Below are positions 40,233-53,946 of a DNA stretch of 64,000 nt, in pieces. The translations under genes were made by a program, and so were the position numbers. Position 1 is the first letter of the stretch. Every line of letters begins with the position of its first letter. The DNA is taken from contig OZ024747.1 in assembly GCA_964016885.1 (NCBI GenBank), positions 65,038,001 through 65,102,000 of the forward strand, read 5' to 3'. This stretch comes from Eledone cirrhosa (Eukaryota). The notes under the pieces are model-generated. The model ran no database searches. It worked only from the letters and a program-made list of their open reading frames with translations, and was not told where the DNA came from.

Positions 40233-40339
40233 CGTGTGTGTATGTTGGTCATATGTACATGGTTATAAACCATGTATATTTTTCAGCACTATTACATGAT
40301 AACAAAAACATAACACTGATACATATATTACAGCTAAAT

Positions 40340-40622
40340 GGCGCTGGATTGGCAAAATGGCGGTGGATTGGCAGTATCGGTAGACGGTCGGACGCCATGC
40401 TTTGACGCATATAGTTACGGCCCTTGCCATTCTGAGTTCAAATCCTGCCATTGGTAGAGAGTCGGACGCCATGCTTTGCAGCAAAGAATTACGGCCCTTT
40501 ATGATCTGAGTTCAAATCCCACCAAGGTTAATTTTGCCTTTCATCCATACGGTGTTGATAAAATAAAGTACCAGTAATGTACTGGGTAATTGCTGGCCTT
40601 GTGCCAAAAGTAGAAACAATTA
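40340..40622 (+). mobile_element. SINE A with duplicated head; TSD TATATTACAGCTA
   Basis: Family sequence; flanking direct repeat at ~40324 and ~40621. Confidence 0.82.
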
Positions 40623-40904
40623 TATTACAGCTATAATCTTTGAGAAGAGGCTACTTAAATATGAACCAATAGATGAATATTAGAATATACACACACATGC
40701 ACACACATGTGTGTGCATATATATATACATACATACATATATATATTCATTTTATTAAGACAAGTTCTTTTCTGATGTCCTTGTGATAAACAGATGAATC
40801 TCCAGAGCAACAAGTCTCATTATCCAGCCTTAATAAAATCAATATTAAAATTCTAATTCTATATTGAGTACTCCTGTCTCTCAGCCATCAACCATATACA
40901 GATA

Positions 40905-41223
40905 TGGCTTAGTGGTTAGAGCATTGGCCTTGCAATCGAAAGGTTGTGAGTTCAATTCTCAGACCGGGTGATGTGTTGTTTCCTTGAGCAAGACACTTTA
41001 TTTCACATTGCTCCAGTTTACTCAGCTGTAGAAATGAGATGATAGGGACTGAGGTCCCTATCATTCCACTGTAAAGTGGTCGTGGAGGTGCCACGGCAAA
41101 AAAGCACCCAGCACTCACTGTAAATGAGGTTGTTTTTTGGAAGGGCATCCAGCTGTAGAAATCAAGCCAGAATCAGTTCCCGTCCCACCCCTGCAAGCAG
41201 GGAAAAAGCGGACGTAAAATGAA

Positions 41224-41255
<32 letters not shown>
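40905..41255 (+). mobile_element. SINE B copy
   Basis: Family sequence. Confidence 0.9.
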
Positions 41256-41266
41256 ATATATATATC

Positions 41267-41375
41267 TAATATAGAAATGGCTTCTACAGGACTAGAACTG
41301 TTTCATTCAGATGCTTTCCTGATGAGTTCTTGCAAATGAAACAGTTCTAGTCCTGCAGAAGCAATTTCTATATTA
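41267..41375. repeat. fold-back with hammerhead core motifs
   Basis: ~41-bp arms; CTGATGA(41319)..GAAAC(41338)..GTC(41350). Confidence 0.75.
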
Positions 41376-41524
41376 AATATTTATACTCTGCTATGTATTG
41401 AGTACCTTACTTACTGTGGTTACCCCCGCTTGAACCCAGGATAAACATATATATATATATATTCTTTGGTTATATATATATATATATATATATATAACCA
41501 AAGAATATATATATAACCAAGACT

Positions 41525-41670
41525 TAGGCAGACGTTGTCAGAGCTGACCTGAAATCGCTAAGACTGGAAGAGGAGATAACCAAGGAACGTGACAACTGGA
41601 GAGATGCCATGCTGAGAAGGACCCATCCAACCCATGCAAGCATGGAAAAGCAGATGTAAAAATGATGATA
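41525..41670 (+). mobile_element. RTE LINE 3'-end fragment
   Basis: Similar to 31455-31600 (VVRADLKSLRLEEEITKERDNWRDA). Confidence 0.8.
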
Positions 41671-42652
41671 TATATATATAATTATTATCATTGGGGACTG
41701 TTTACTTTTCAGTATCACAAAAAAAACTTGAAGTTATGCACAAAATAAACAATGAAATATATTCTAAGTTATCTCATCAATGTATCATTTGAATTATTAG
41801 GCCATTAATTTATCATTATAATAATTCATAGCATTGATTTAATAGTTCCTCATATACAATATTTTTAGTGATAGTTTGTTTCCTTTTTGTTTCCATTGCT
41901 TATTGTTATTAAACACACTAATAAAAACATCATTTTATTTCCTAGCCCTAAAGAATTTCTCATAACTATTTATGACAAAATAAATACTTGTTTGGGTATC
42001 TAAATTCCTATCATATTAAATGTTTCAGTCTGTAAATTAATTGTCATTGAAGAAGCTAATCTAACCATAATCTTCGCTTTTTCTAAAGATGAAACTTAAT
42101 TGGACTAAAGCATATACATTGAAAAATTGATGACTAAAAAAAATAAATATTAGTTTAAAAAATGAATTTGTCTTTACTTTCCCTGCTTTACCAGAGATAA
42201 CACCACCACCACCATCAACACAAGCCCTAGTTCTCAGTATGTACATGTCAATAACACAATATACATAAATGGTCTTCCCTTTCTTCTGTCTCATAACGTT
42301 ACTATTTTCCCTCTCATCAACACACAAGTTAATGTCATTCTCTTTCTTCTGCCTCATAAAGTTACTATCCCTGTACTTTCAACAGTCTTCTATCTCTCTT
42401 GTTTAATTATCACTAGGGTGACTTTAGTATAGTCCATTGTATTGCAAGTATTCAGAGCATGTTATATTGGTGCCCACTTTCCTTCTGCACTAATGTATAT
42501 CCATGATTATTTTTCACCTCCTCCTCCTCCTCCCAACCAGTATCACTTTCCTTCTCATCCATTAACTCTCAAGCAAACATGCTATAAAGATAAAATAAGA
42601 GGTTCTCAGAGAAATATGCCCATGCTGTTTAAAGGAGAATAGACAGAGGCCA

Positions 42653-42965
42653 AGCAGAAACATATGATATCAGTGCTCCAGCATGGGCTTGATCAGAAAC
42701 ACATGATATCAGTGCTCCAGCATGGACTTGGTCAGAAACACGTGATGTCAGTGCTCCAGCATAGGCTTGATCAGAAACATATGATATCAGTGCTCCAGCA
42801 TGGACTTGGTCAGAAATACATATCAGTGCTCCAGCAGAGACTTGGTCAGAAACACACGATATCAGTGCTCCAGCATAGACTTAGTCAGAAACACACGATG
42901 TCAGTGCTCCAGCATAGACTTAGTCAGAAACACACGATGTCAGTGCTCCAGCATGGACTTGGTCA
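42653..42965. repeat. 39-bp minisatellite (TCAGAAACACATGATATCAGTGCTCCAGCATGGACTTGG)n, ~8 units
   Basis: 13-aa periodicity in ORF 42664..43092. Confidence 0.92.
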
Positions 42966-43499
42966 GTTGTCATGGATAAAACAAAATAAACAACTAAAGG
43001 GGTTGAAACAGAAACCATTAGATATGTTCTGGGATTTCAATTATTGTTTGATGAGATTAAACATTTTGGATGGCCAAGGAGAAAGGTATTAGTGGGCAAG
43101 AAATTGAAAATCTACTTATTCATACCATGCTGTGACCCTTGAATTGTTTCATGGCCTTTAATTTCAGAGTTCAAGTGTATATCTGTTGAGAGAAGGGAAT
43201 GAAGAACCAAAGTACTCCATTGTGTTCATGATATTGAGTCATTAATTGCCAATCTGTCTCCAGTGAGCTTCCAACCACCTAGAATGGAAATGAGATAAAT
43301 CTTCTACACAGATCATTTTCCTCCTCTTGTAGCAATAACTACGCATGCAATGATAACATTTATTTAGTTTAGAATCTCTCTTTTATCTTTTCTCACATGT
43401 TATCTCACACTTTGTTTCATTCCCATTCTGCTCATCATTTTATATATCATTCTTTCTATGTATGACATACACCTGCTCCACCACTAAACCCTTTTATTT

Positions 43500-44040
43500 G
43501 TCTCTCTGTCCTTATATTTTCTTTCTCTTTCTCTCCTATATCTCCTTCTCGTTTCCTCTCTCTCTCTCTCTCTCTCTCTCCTATATCTCATTCTCACTTC
43601 CTTTCTCCACATCCCTTTCTCTCTCTCCCACATTTTTTTTCTTTTTCACCTATATTTCGTTCTCGCTTCCTCTCTGTCTGCCCCCCCCCCCCCCCCACTC
43701 TCTCCTTTCTCCACGTTCCCCTCTCTCTCTCTCCTATATCTCATTCTCACTTCCTTTCTCCACATCCCTTTCTCTCTCTCCCTCTCTCACATTTTTTTCT
43801 TTTTCACCTATATTTCGTTCTCGCTTCCTCTCTGTCTGTCCCCCCCCCTCTCTCTCCTTTCTCCACGGTCCCCCCTCTCTCTCTCTCTCTCTCCTATATC
43901 TCGTTCTCACTTCCTCTGTTCATGTCCCTCTCTCTCGCTTTCTTTCTCTCTCTCTCTCTCTCTCTCCTTTATCTCTGTCTCGCTACCACTCTCCATGTCT
44001 CTCACTTCCTCACTCCATGCCCCTCCTCCCTCTCTTTCTC
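43500..44040. repeat. CT-rich tract with internal tandem duplication
   Basis: CCTATATCTCATTCTCACTTCCTTTCTCCACATCCC repeated at ~43580 and ~43732. Confidence 0.85.
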
Positions 44041-44516
44041 AGTGTTTACTTCTGTTTAGTTCTCTCTTTTATTTGCTCTAAATACAACACGAGAAGAAGA
44101 ATGAAGAACAAAAGATTCCTCCATCATTATTGCTGTGATGTAATGTGTTATGGGATACAGTGGAGGTTAATTTAGCTACAATTCCATGATTGTGCTAGAT
44201 TGATGTGAAAACCATACAGAATATATATTTAACTGGTAGTCATAGTTTGTCTTACATTTAAGCAAGAAAATCAAAGTTGATCCCATTGGAATGTGGTCCA
44301 AAATCTGAGTGAGATAAATATTTAAATTAGGAGAATCTATTTCTTTTCATGCTCATCTATCTCAGGTATATACACCTCTTGTTAACTAACAATGGTGGTT
44401 ATACATACAAACATATATATATACATATATATATATGTGTACATATAAAGGGCGAAAGCAGTGATTCTTTGCTTAAACTTTAATCTGTACATATAATAAA
44501 TATATATATATATATA

Positions 44517-45503
44517 CTAGCAGCAGGATCCGACATTGCACGGGGTATGAAACGTGAAATAGCAACACGCATAAGCAAAGATTAAGGAATGTAGCTGTGT
44601 ACTTTTTGAATTCCCTTATTCTCAGGGAATGATTGAGGAGCGACGTAGTCAATTGTGTGAAAACCAAGTAGGGATGTACGTTTAAGTAGGGATATTGAGA
44701 TGACGAAATCAGCATGACAACGCAGCTGCAGCAGAAGGGGGTCATAGTCCAATTAGCACAAACGCTGCACGCCATTGGTTGCACTGCATTTACACAGCAA
44801 CAAAGGTGCGACAAAAGAGGTCACTAAGGAATTAACACAACCGCTTTTCAGCGTACTTGCGCAGGGCATTCATACTGTGGTGTAGGTGCAACAAAAGGGG
44901 TCTTAGTAGAAGTAGCACAGACGTGAGTTTTACGGTGTCAATAACATGGCAATGTACACAGAGCGCGGATTTGCGCGTGATGAAAGCATGAAGCATCAAC
45001 AGGGCGCCGACAAAAATTTCCAGGTCCTCCTCATTTCCTCAATCCCCAGAAAATGGTCCTGCTTAAAAGTAAGTGTTGTGTCCTCTGTTAAATAAGCCAA
45101 ATTTTTAACGAAATATTATACGCTACTTACGATGTTTAAGTAGCGTTTATATTGAAAATGAAAATGGCATGTAATGCCCAATACTAATTCGTAAATTTCC
45201 TAGAAACCATTAATGGAATCAGAAATTTTGTCCACAGCAATGCAAGGGGATTAACTAATGTGTGCTGCAAATTTTGAGGAAATCGGCTGGATTATCTTTA
45301 AGTAACGCCTCAAAAAAGCCTAAAAACGCCTAAAAAATGCGGTTTTTCGCCTAATGCGATAAAATAAAAAAATTTTTTAGTTCATTGCACTTCAAGAAAT
45401 ATAAGTAACTCATGTGTAAAGTTTGAAAAAAATCGGTCGGGTATTTCTCGAGTTTTAGGGATTTACACAGGCAGACAGACATCCTCTGTTTTATATATAT
45501 ATA
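44517..45503 (-). mobile_element. non-autonomous Helitron (Lep1-like)
   Basis: Minus 5' TATATATAAAACAGAGGATGTCTGTCTG..CCGATTTTTTTCAAAC; 3' CCCGTGCAATGTCGG hairpin then CTAG|T. Confidence 0.72.
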
Positions 45504-45719
45504 TGCTTAAATTTGGTGGTTCACCACTCGATAGAATTAGTCTTTCCTCTAAGTAAACCATGATGCAATATCATGAAAGCACTTGACGTTATGCATCTCA
45601 TCCATCTTTGATGTTGAATCTTGTTGGTGGTGTGAGAACAGAGTTAAATTATATTATAGGGTAAAATGCCATTTATTTTACCATATTATATACACACATA
45701 TATATATATATATCGGGTG

Positions 45720-45932
45720 GGTAAAATTCCCAAGATCTATGGACGAGTTTTCTCCAGTGGTCTCTGTCCTTCATCATCACAGCTATGTCCCGCATCCCCA
45801 AGAGTCCAGTGTCTATTCTTAGGGCATCAACATAGGGTGGCGCTACTAGGAGCAAAGCTCTAGACAATATTGCTTTCAGAGCTATGAAACACAAGCCCCT
45901 TCACCATGACAAGTCGAGACTCAGGTGGGGAA
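45720..45932 (-). mobile_element. short RTE derivative (3' coding end plus possible 5'-UTR piece)
   Basis: YVDALRIDTGL..MKDRDHWRKLV resembles the RTE ORF C-terminus. Confidence 0.6.
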
Positions 45933-47059
45933 ACATTACTAGATATATCCAATAAATAGAAAATTCTGTATTTGCTCCTTTTTCCAAAACTTAGACGTTT
46001 TTCTGACTAATAGAGAGAGAAAAACAACGTACAGATTACAGATTTCCAACTGAAATAACAAAACAGGTAAGGTATCTTTCAAGCATTTATAAATAACTAT
46101 TAGGATTTGTGAGCACTCCACATTTTAGAAATGATCTTATATCTATTTTAATACAGGAATTCATAGATCATTGGACAATATTGTCCTATATATGATAGGA
46201 GTATCTAAAATGACAGGAATATCCTGCACTGTCTCTGTTAAACTTTGTTTTTATTTATTGTCTTTCCTTCCACTTTGGTACAAACTCATGTTCTTTTTTC
46301 TTTGTTTTCTCTCTGCTTACATCTTTTATATCAAATCTGCTTGCCACCAATTTACATCTGTTACTCTTTCTTTCTCATATCTTTTTCCCATTCTCTATCT
46401 AGCTTGACATCTCTCTATCTATCTATCTAGGTAGCTAGCTAGGTATCTCTCTCTCTCTCTCTCCCATATCTTTTTTCCCTCTCTTTCTAGCTAAGTATTC
46501 CTCTCTATCTAGCTAGGTATTTCTCTCTCTCCATCTATCTATCTGCTAGCTAGCTAGTTAACTAGCTAATTATGTATTTCGCTCTCTCCTTCTCTCCCTT
46601 ACTCTCTCTGTCTGTCTCTCTCACACTCTCGCTCTCTCTACCCACATAATTCTCAATCTGATCCCCGCCTTCTATTTATTCAATACAACAGCCAACTACA
46701 GTGAATATCTTCCTGAATATCTCTCTCTGTCTATATTATAACTGATAACAATAAAAGAAGACAGAACAAGGAAGTCTGAAAGAAGGTGATGTATTACAAG
46801 CACATTATCTGACCAAGTACAGTGAGAAAGATGTAGTGTTTGCACCGAGGAAAAAAAACACCAAAGAAGACAAATGGAAATACAAGGACATTATCGATAA
46901 ATCAATAGACTGTGCAGCTGACACATAGCATAATTTCAATACTGGACAACATGTGTTTTCTATGTAAACAGTCATGGACTTGTGTTCTTTAATCCTGAGA
47001 AGCTTTGTTGTGACAGGGAAGCCACATGGGGGTTGGGCTTATTTTGGTATTTGGGGATT

Positions 47060-47840
47060 TCAGTGGTGGTTGGTGGTTGGTTGGTTGTGGTGGTTGTTAT
47101 TGGTGGCTGGTTGTGGTGTGGTGGTTGGTTGGTTGGTCGTGGTTGGTGTTGGTGTGGTGGTTGGTGTGTTGGTCGTGATGTGGTGGTGGTTGGTCATGTT
47201 GTGTGGTAGTGGTTGTCATGTTGGTGTATTGTTAATGGTTGTTGGTTGTGTTGGTGGTGGTGTGTGGTGGTGGTTATTGTTGCCGTGTTGGTTGTTGTTG
47301 TCATATTGGTGTATGGTTGATGGTTGGTGGTGGTGTGTTGGTGGTGATGTGTTGATGGTGGTGTGTGGTGGTTATTGTTGCTGTGTCAGTTGTGGTTGGT
47401 GGTGGTGTGTTGGTGGTGGTGTGTTGGTGGTGGTGTGTTGTGGTGGTGTGTTGGTGGTGGTGTGTGGTGACTGGTGATTGGTGTGTTCAGGCTGTAGTTT
47501 ATTTGATGATCATGAGTGCCATTTGTGTGTTTAGGTTTTAATGGTGTCAGGGGATTTATGGCATTGCACACTTTAATGTCAGTAGTGTGGGGGGGGGGGG
47601 GTAATGGTGATGGTGGTGGTGGTGGTGGTAATGGGGGTGTGGTGGTAATGGTGATGGTGGTGGTGGTGGTGGTGGTGGTGGTTATGGTGATGTTGGTGGT
47701 GGTAATGGTGATAGTGGTACAGCCTGTGGTGGTGGTGGTGGTAATGGTGATGGTGGTGGTGGTGGTGGTGGTGGCAATGGTGATGGTGGTACTTCTGGTG
47801 GTGGTGGTAGTGGTGGTGGTGGTGATGGTGGTGGTTGTCA
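47060..47840. repeat. (TGG)n low-complexity repeat
   Basis: Direct. Confidence 0.9.
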
Positions 47841-48375
47841 CCATCATTATTCTGAGACTGCTCAATCTCATGTGGTGTCTCAAAGTTGAATAAAGAAGCT
47901 GTTTTATTAAACTGCTCTAGTCAAATGATTTGTATTTGTTAGTCATTCTCTCTCTATCTCACTCTAACTCTCTCTTTCTCTCTCTATCTCTATCTCTCTC
48001 GCTATCTCTCGCTATCTCTCACTATCTCTCACTCTTTCTCTCTATTCAGCTAGGCCCCGCTTTATTTTTCTCTCTCCTTCCCTTGTTCACTTGCTTCCCC
48101 GCTCTCTCCCCTCATTCTCTATATCTCCCCTAACTCTCTATCTCTCTAATTAGCCAGGTCTCCCTCTCTCTCCCTCCCTCATCTCCCCTCTCTCTCTCTC
48201 TCTCTCTCTCACTCAACATTCTGAGAAGGAATTGTTTTCCTTTCCAATTTTCTGGTCATGAAAACAAATAAACAAAGTGAGTGAGAAAACCACGGGAGAG
48301 AAATAGGGAAGATGATCAAGAGGATAGTAATTTGTGTAGAAAGGAGGAGTAGATGATGGGAGGGGGAGCAGTGAT

Positions 48376-48377
48376 GA

Positions 48378-48468
<91 letters not shown>

Positions 48469-48518
48469 GAACGCACGAACGAACGAACGAACGAACGAAC
48501 GAACGAACGAACGAACGA

Positions 48519-48558
<40 letters not shown>
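48376..48558. repeat. (GAAA)n(GAAC)n(GAAA)n microsatellite
   Basis: Direct. Confidence 0.95.
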
Positions 48559-49514
48559 AAATGGCACCAGAAATATTTGAACAGCCCAGCTGTATGCTAG
48601 AAAGAAAATAGCATACAGCTGGGCTGTTCAAATATTTTTGGTGACATTTCTAGAAATATTAAAATATAACATAATAATATAAAATGTCATAGAATGATTT
48701 AATAAGTATACTGCAGTATAATAATAATATAATAAAATGTATTACATTACATACAATAGATTATCATACAATATATAATATATAATTATTGTTAATATTT
48801 GCAATGTCACTTCACACAAAGGGATCTCCATGTATTCTCATCAGTACTGTTTATTTTGTGCTACTGTGTCAACCTATTCCCAGTCATAATTTCCTCTTTC
48901 TCTTTCTGCAGTTTTTTCAGTCAAATAAGCCCAGGTTTTCCTTTTCTTCAAGAATCTTGTACTAGTTCATCATTTAAAAAAAAAAAATCACCCACAACTG
49001 AGAATGAGTTGGTAGCATTTGCTATCATCATCATCACCATCATCTCCGTTTAAGGTCCATTTTTTCCATGCTGACATGGCATAGATGAGTTATCCTCTTG
49101 TGAGCAATGTCAGGTCAGGTGACCAAGTATTGCGTGTACAGACCTGATTTTGATTTGGTTTCTACAACTAGATGCCCTTCCTCTCAAACTTCTTGTCCTT
49201 GACACAACATAATATCCAGGAAGAGTGAATTGCACCAGCACTGTACTGGTTCTTTATTTATCAACCCAGAAATTTAATCACAGAGCACAAAAAGTTAAAT
49301 CAACTATTGTAATACATTTTATGTTGGTTGAATGAAACTACCCAATATAATGCCTATATAGATAACACCTAATATATTATTATATTTTCTATCATATCAT
49401 TTTAGTTTATAATATATATAGAATATATTGAAAAATACTGTTCCAGTTTGATCATTTTGATTAAGGATTTTTTGTATGTGTGTGTGTGTGTATGCGTTCA
49501 TGTATGTATGTGTA

Positions 49515-50432
49515 TATTCTTCTGGTTTTATAATTTCACAAATTTTTGCCAATAGAGAGAGTCAGTTTCTAACATAGTTACAAGATTCTCTCATTGGAAT
49601 TTACACAACATCAACTAGGTAGATATATATGCATGTCTGCATGCATGCATGTGTAGATATGGATGTTATTGTATGTGTGGATGTGTATGGTTTGAGTTGT
49701 ATGTGAGTATGTGTATATGCTTTGTATCTGTACATGCGTATATGCAGTTATTAGATGCAAAATTTTTGGAATGTTTTACATATTTTTACTATTCCATTAA
49801 TGGATTGTACTTGTAATTTCCTAACTAGTTGTCTTCTTTCTGATCCTGTGAAGCCTAGCTTCTCAAGATTTGTATTGAAGCAGTTACTAACATACCCCAG
49901 AGCCCCAATAATCACAGGCATAAATCTGAAGGTGTAATCAGGGTGGAGAATCTGCAAATTTCTCATCAATTCTGCATAAATATTCTCCTTTTCGCTAATC
50001 TTTGATATTATATTGGCATCTGCTGGGCAGCTAACTTCCACTACTGTGCATGCTTTCTTTTCCCTGTCCCATATCATAATATCTGGTCTGTTATGCCTGC
50101 ACTTTATTGGGGTTTTTACTGGAACATTCCACCATCTTACTGGAACATTCCACTCTTTCATATTATGTATATGGATGTCTTCCACATTGCTGTAGCTTTT
50201 AATGTGTTTATTATTGGTGCTATCTTTTCTACGGATTGCATTGTACAATGTTTTGGCCACTACATCATGCCTCATAGGTAGATAGTACGGCGATGACATC
50301 TATGGGCAGCTGCTTATGACATGGGTGACATCTTCGATGTTAATTCTGCAGAGTCTGCACTTGTTATCACATCTAGGTGTTTTGCCTGCATCCTTATCTA
50401 TTTTGTGAATCAGGTATTTCGTGTTGATTTCC
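49515..50432 (-). mobile_element. RLE-type (R4/Dong-like) LINE 3' fragment in (TATG)n
   Basis: CCHC remnant, RHD, RPDIMIWD..VEVSCPAD REL endonuclease, 3' UTR ending in (CATA)n. Confidence 0.85.
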
Positions 50433-50499
50433 TGTATATGTATGTACGTATGTATGTATACATGTATGTATATATGCATGTATATATGTGTGTGTGTAT

Positions 50500-50856
50500 A
50501 TATTATGTTCTTCTGGTTTTATAATTTCATAAATCTTTACCAATAGAGTCAGTTATTAACATTGACACAAGACTCGTTCATTGGAATTTAAACAACATCA
50601 ACTAGGTAGATATGTAGGCATGTCTGAATGTGTGTATCTGTGTAGATATGGATGTTATTGTGAGGGGGTGTGTATGTTTTGAGTTATATGTGTGCATGCG
50701 CATATGCTTTGTATGTGTACATGCAGTTATTTCATGCAGAATTTTTGGAATATTTTACATATTTTTACTGTTCTGTTAATGGATTGTACTTGTAATTTCC
50801 TAACTAGTCACATTCTTTCTGGTTCTGTGAAGCCCAGCTTCTCAAGATTTGTACTG
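50500..50856 (-). mobile_element. second, shorter copy of the same RLE LINE
   Basis: Similar to 49515-49875. Confidence 0.85.
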
Positions 50857-51194
50857 ATATGTATGTATGTATGTATGTATGTATGTGTGTATGTTTATAT
50901 ATATGCCTGTATCCACATAAGACTGCATAACTATCTTTGATCAACATGATCCTCCTATATCATCTAGCATGTTTCTATCCATGACTCAATGAACAAGATA
51001 GAAATCTTCTCCCAGTTTTATAAATAAAGCATCAATCATTAATTACCATTAATTAGAATGTTTTCATCTTCACTGAATTCCTCTATCTCTGTGGAATGTT
51101 TTGAAGGTCGCCAGATACGATGGAATATCTCTGTTGATTAAATGACAAGAAATTACAGATATTCCAAAAAGGCTTTAAGTGTCAGATTGGCCAT

Positions 51195-51522
51195 GTATAT
51201 GTTTGTGCATGCATGTCTGTGTGTGTGTTTGTGTGTGTGTCTGTTTGCTTGTTGTGTATATGTGTCTGTCTGTGAGGATGTATGGGTGTGTATCTGTGTG
51301 TGTCTGTGTTTGTATGTGTGTGTGCGACTGTGTGGATGCCTGGTGTGTCTGTGTATGTGTGTCTGTGTCTGTGTGTGTGTATGTGTGCGTGTGTCTCTGT
51401 GTGTGTCTGTGTGTGTATGTGTCTGTGTGTGTATGTGACTTGTGTGTGTATGTCTGGTGTGTGTCTGTGTGTGTATGTTTGTGTGTGTGTCTCTGTGTGA
51501 TTGTGTCTGTGTATGTATCTGT
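51195..51522. repeat. (TG/TGTC)n microsatellite
   Basis: Direct. Confidence 0.92.
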
Positions 51523-51564
51523 GTAATCCAACCACAGAAAATGTGTATTACTATATTACTGATC

Positions 51565-51760
51565 AGATTGGCAGTATCAGTAGAGGGTCGGATGCCATGC
51601 TTTGCAGCATAGAGTTACGGCCCTTTATAATCTGAGTTCAAATCCCACCGAGGTTAACTTTGCCTGTCATCCTTATGAGGTTGATAAAATAAAGTACCAG
51701 TAATACACTGTAATAATTGCTGGCCTTGTGCCAAAAGTAGAAACATTTATTATTATTATT
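51565..51760 (+). mobile_element. SINE A copy
   Basis: Family sequence. Confidence 0.88.
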
Positions 51761-53103
51761 CAGTTTTTTGCTATTTTCTTATTGTTATTAAACCTTTATC
51801 ACTGTTAATGTTTTTATTATCATTAATATTATTATTATTATTTATTTATTATTGTTGTTGTTGTTTGTTATGAATGATCTCACTTCACAAAGCTCCATCT
51901 CCAAGATACTTTCTGACAAAATTATCTCACAAAAATAAAAAATCTTATAATTTTTTTGTTTTTATATAGTTAAACATTCACAGCTTTACCTAAGCTGGAG
52001 AAAAATGTTTTATTTTTAGATATATTTAATCTATACAAATAATTCAGAAAATATTCATATTGGTATATGTGTGAAGCCACATGGCCTGATGGTTACAATC
52101 TTGGACTTACAATCATAATGTCATCGGTTCGATTCCTGGACAGGGTGCTCATTATGTTCTTGAGCAAAACATTTTATTTCATGTTGCTTCAGTATACACA
52201 GCTGAGAGTGTGTACCAACAGTAACTGTAGAGTTAATACTATGATAGACCAGCATCAGTCGCTTAATGCCAAGAAAACTGTGCATAATTATCTGATGAGC
52301 TTTTGGCTTAGAACAGAAATAACTTATATGAACTTAAATAACTTATATGTATTAACCATATTGTTACAATATTTCTAATGAAAGACACTGACCCTGATTT
52401 TCAAATCATTTTTAAAATAAAAATTTAAAGGAATTAAATAAAGTAACTTAATTTTCTCATCATTAAGGCTGTGTTTAGAACATAACTTAACAAAAATTCT
52501 TAAATGAAATTATGATGGTAATTTGTTAGATAAATATATCCACTTTTAAACAAACAGCTTTGTACTGTAGAGTCAGAGGCAGTCTCGGGCAATTTGGTAG
52601 CAAAAAAGTTAATAATTCAATATAACCACTTCTGCAGTGGTTGGAATAGATGGTAACCACTTGTTTAATATGACCCCAAATCTTTTCTCTGTAATATCTT
52701 ATATAGATGCACTACCTACAACTAAAGTAGTAGTAATCTATACAGTCAACTATATACACCTCTCAGAAAATGTGACCATGCTCAGCCAACATCTGAAATC
52801 ATTTAATAAAATAAAGTACCAGTAATGTACTGGGTAATTGCTGGCCTTGTGCCAAAAGTAGAAACAATTATTACTAATATCCTCAGCAGCATTGACCACA
52901 ACATTAGTTATGTCATCTTTACAACTATATTCCACCATATAGGTCAGTAGAAGTTTCCTAAGTTAACTGCTCAGCCTATACTCAGCTTTTGTTTTTCTGT
53001 GCAGTCATTTCCGGTACCACATCTGAATAGTAGAGTTTCCATCCTCGATTCAAATCTACAGTATCAGAGCCATGGAGCTGTGTTGAGTAAACCCGGATTA
53101 TAT

Positions 53104-53275
53104 CTAGCCAGTAGCCTCCTCCACTAGTTCCTGCTCCTTACCTGAAAGGGTTGTGATGTTCCAGGTTTCAATTCTTATGGTTTGCTCCTTTCCAAACCCT
53201 CTTCGAGGTCTCAGGTTATACAATCTTTGTGCGTCAATCGCATGCCTACAAGGACATGTCACAGACCCATCGCCA
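53104..53275 (-). mobile_element. RTE APE N-terminal fragment
   Basis: IRIETWNITTLSGKEQELVEE resembles the APE motif GTWNV.TL. Confidence 0.6.
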
Positions 53276-53899
53276 GTTATAAAACTCACAAAAGAAATTA
53301 TAAGTAGTATCATTGAAATAATGATCTTTTAGCTGGCAATGTAATGTTTACTTAAATTTGATAATAGTTTTGAAATCTGTAAGATATTGCAAAATATGAA
53401 ATCATTTGACTAAAACATATTAACATATTGAACTGTTAGTTTATTTGAATGACAAGAGCAGGCAGAGATTTATTGACAGTAAATATTGGAAAGTGTGTGT
53501 GAGAGATAGAGAGAGAGAGAGAGAGGAAGTATTTCCAAAATTATCAATAAAAATATATTTTCTTCCTGTAATGTTTGAGCAGAATTTGTGAAGAAATCTG
53601 TGCAAGAATCAAATAAGTTCACTTGTGAATCATGTGATGTGATCATATGGAGAGTGTCTTACACTATACCCCTGAGAGGTTTCTGCACTCGTTACATTTG
53701 ATAAGATTTCACTGAAATCACTTAAACTAAAGAAGTAATAAAAGGTACCATACTTACCACATACAGTATCACACTGAATCTGCCTGAGAGTTATGTACAA
53801 GTTAAGGAAACAAGAGTCTATAAAATACTTTGTTGTATTATAATCCAACTAGAACACTCATGAAACACACATTATTGTCTTTGCTTATATGTGTGTGTG

Positions 53900-53946
<47 letters not shown>

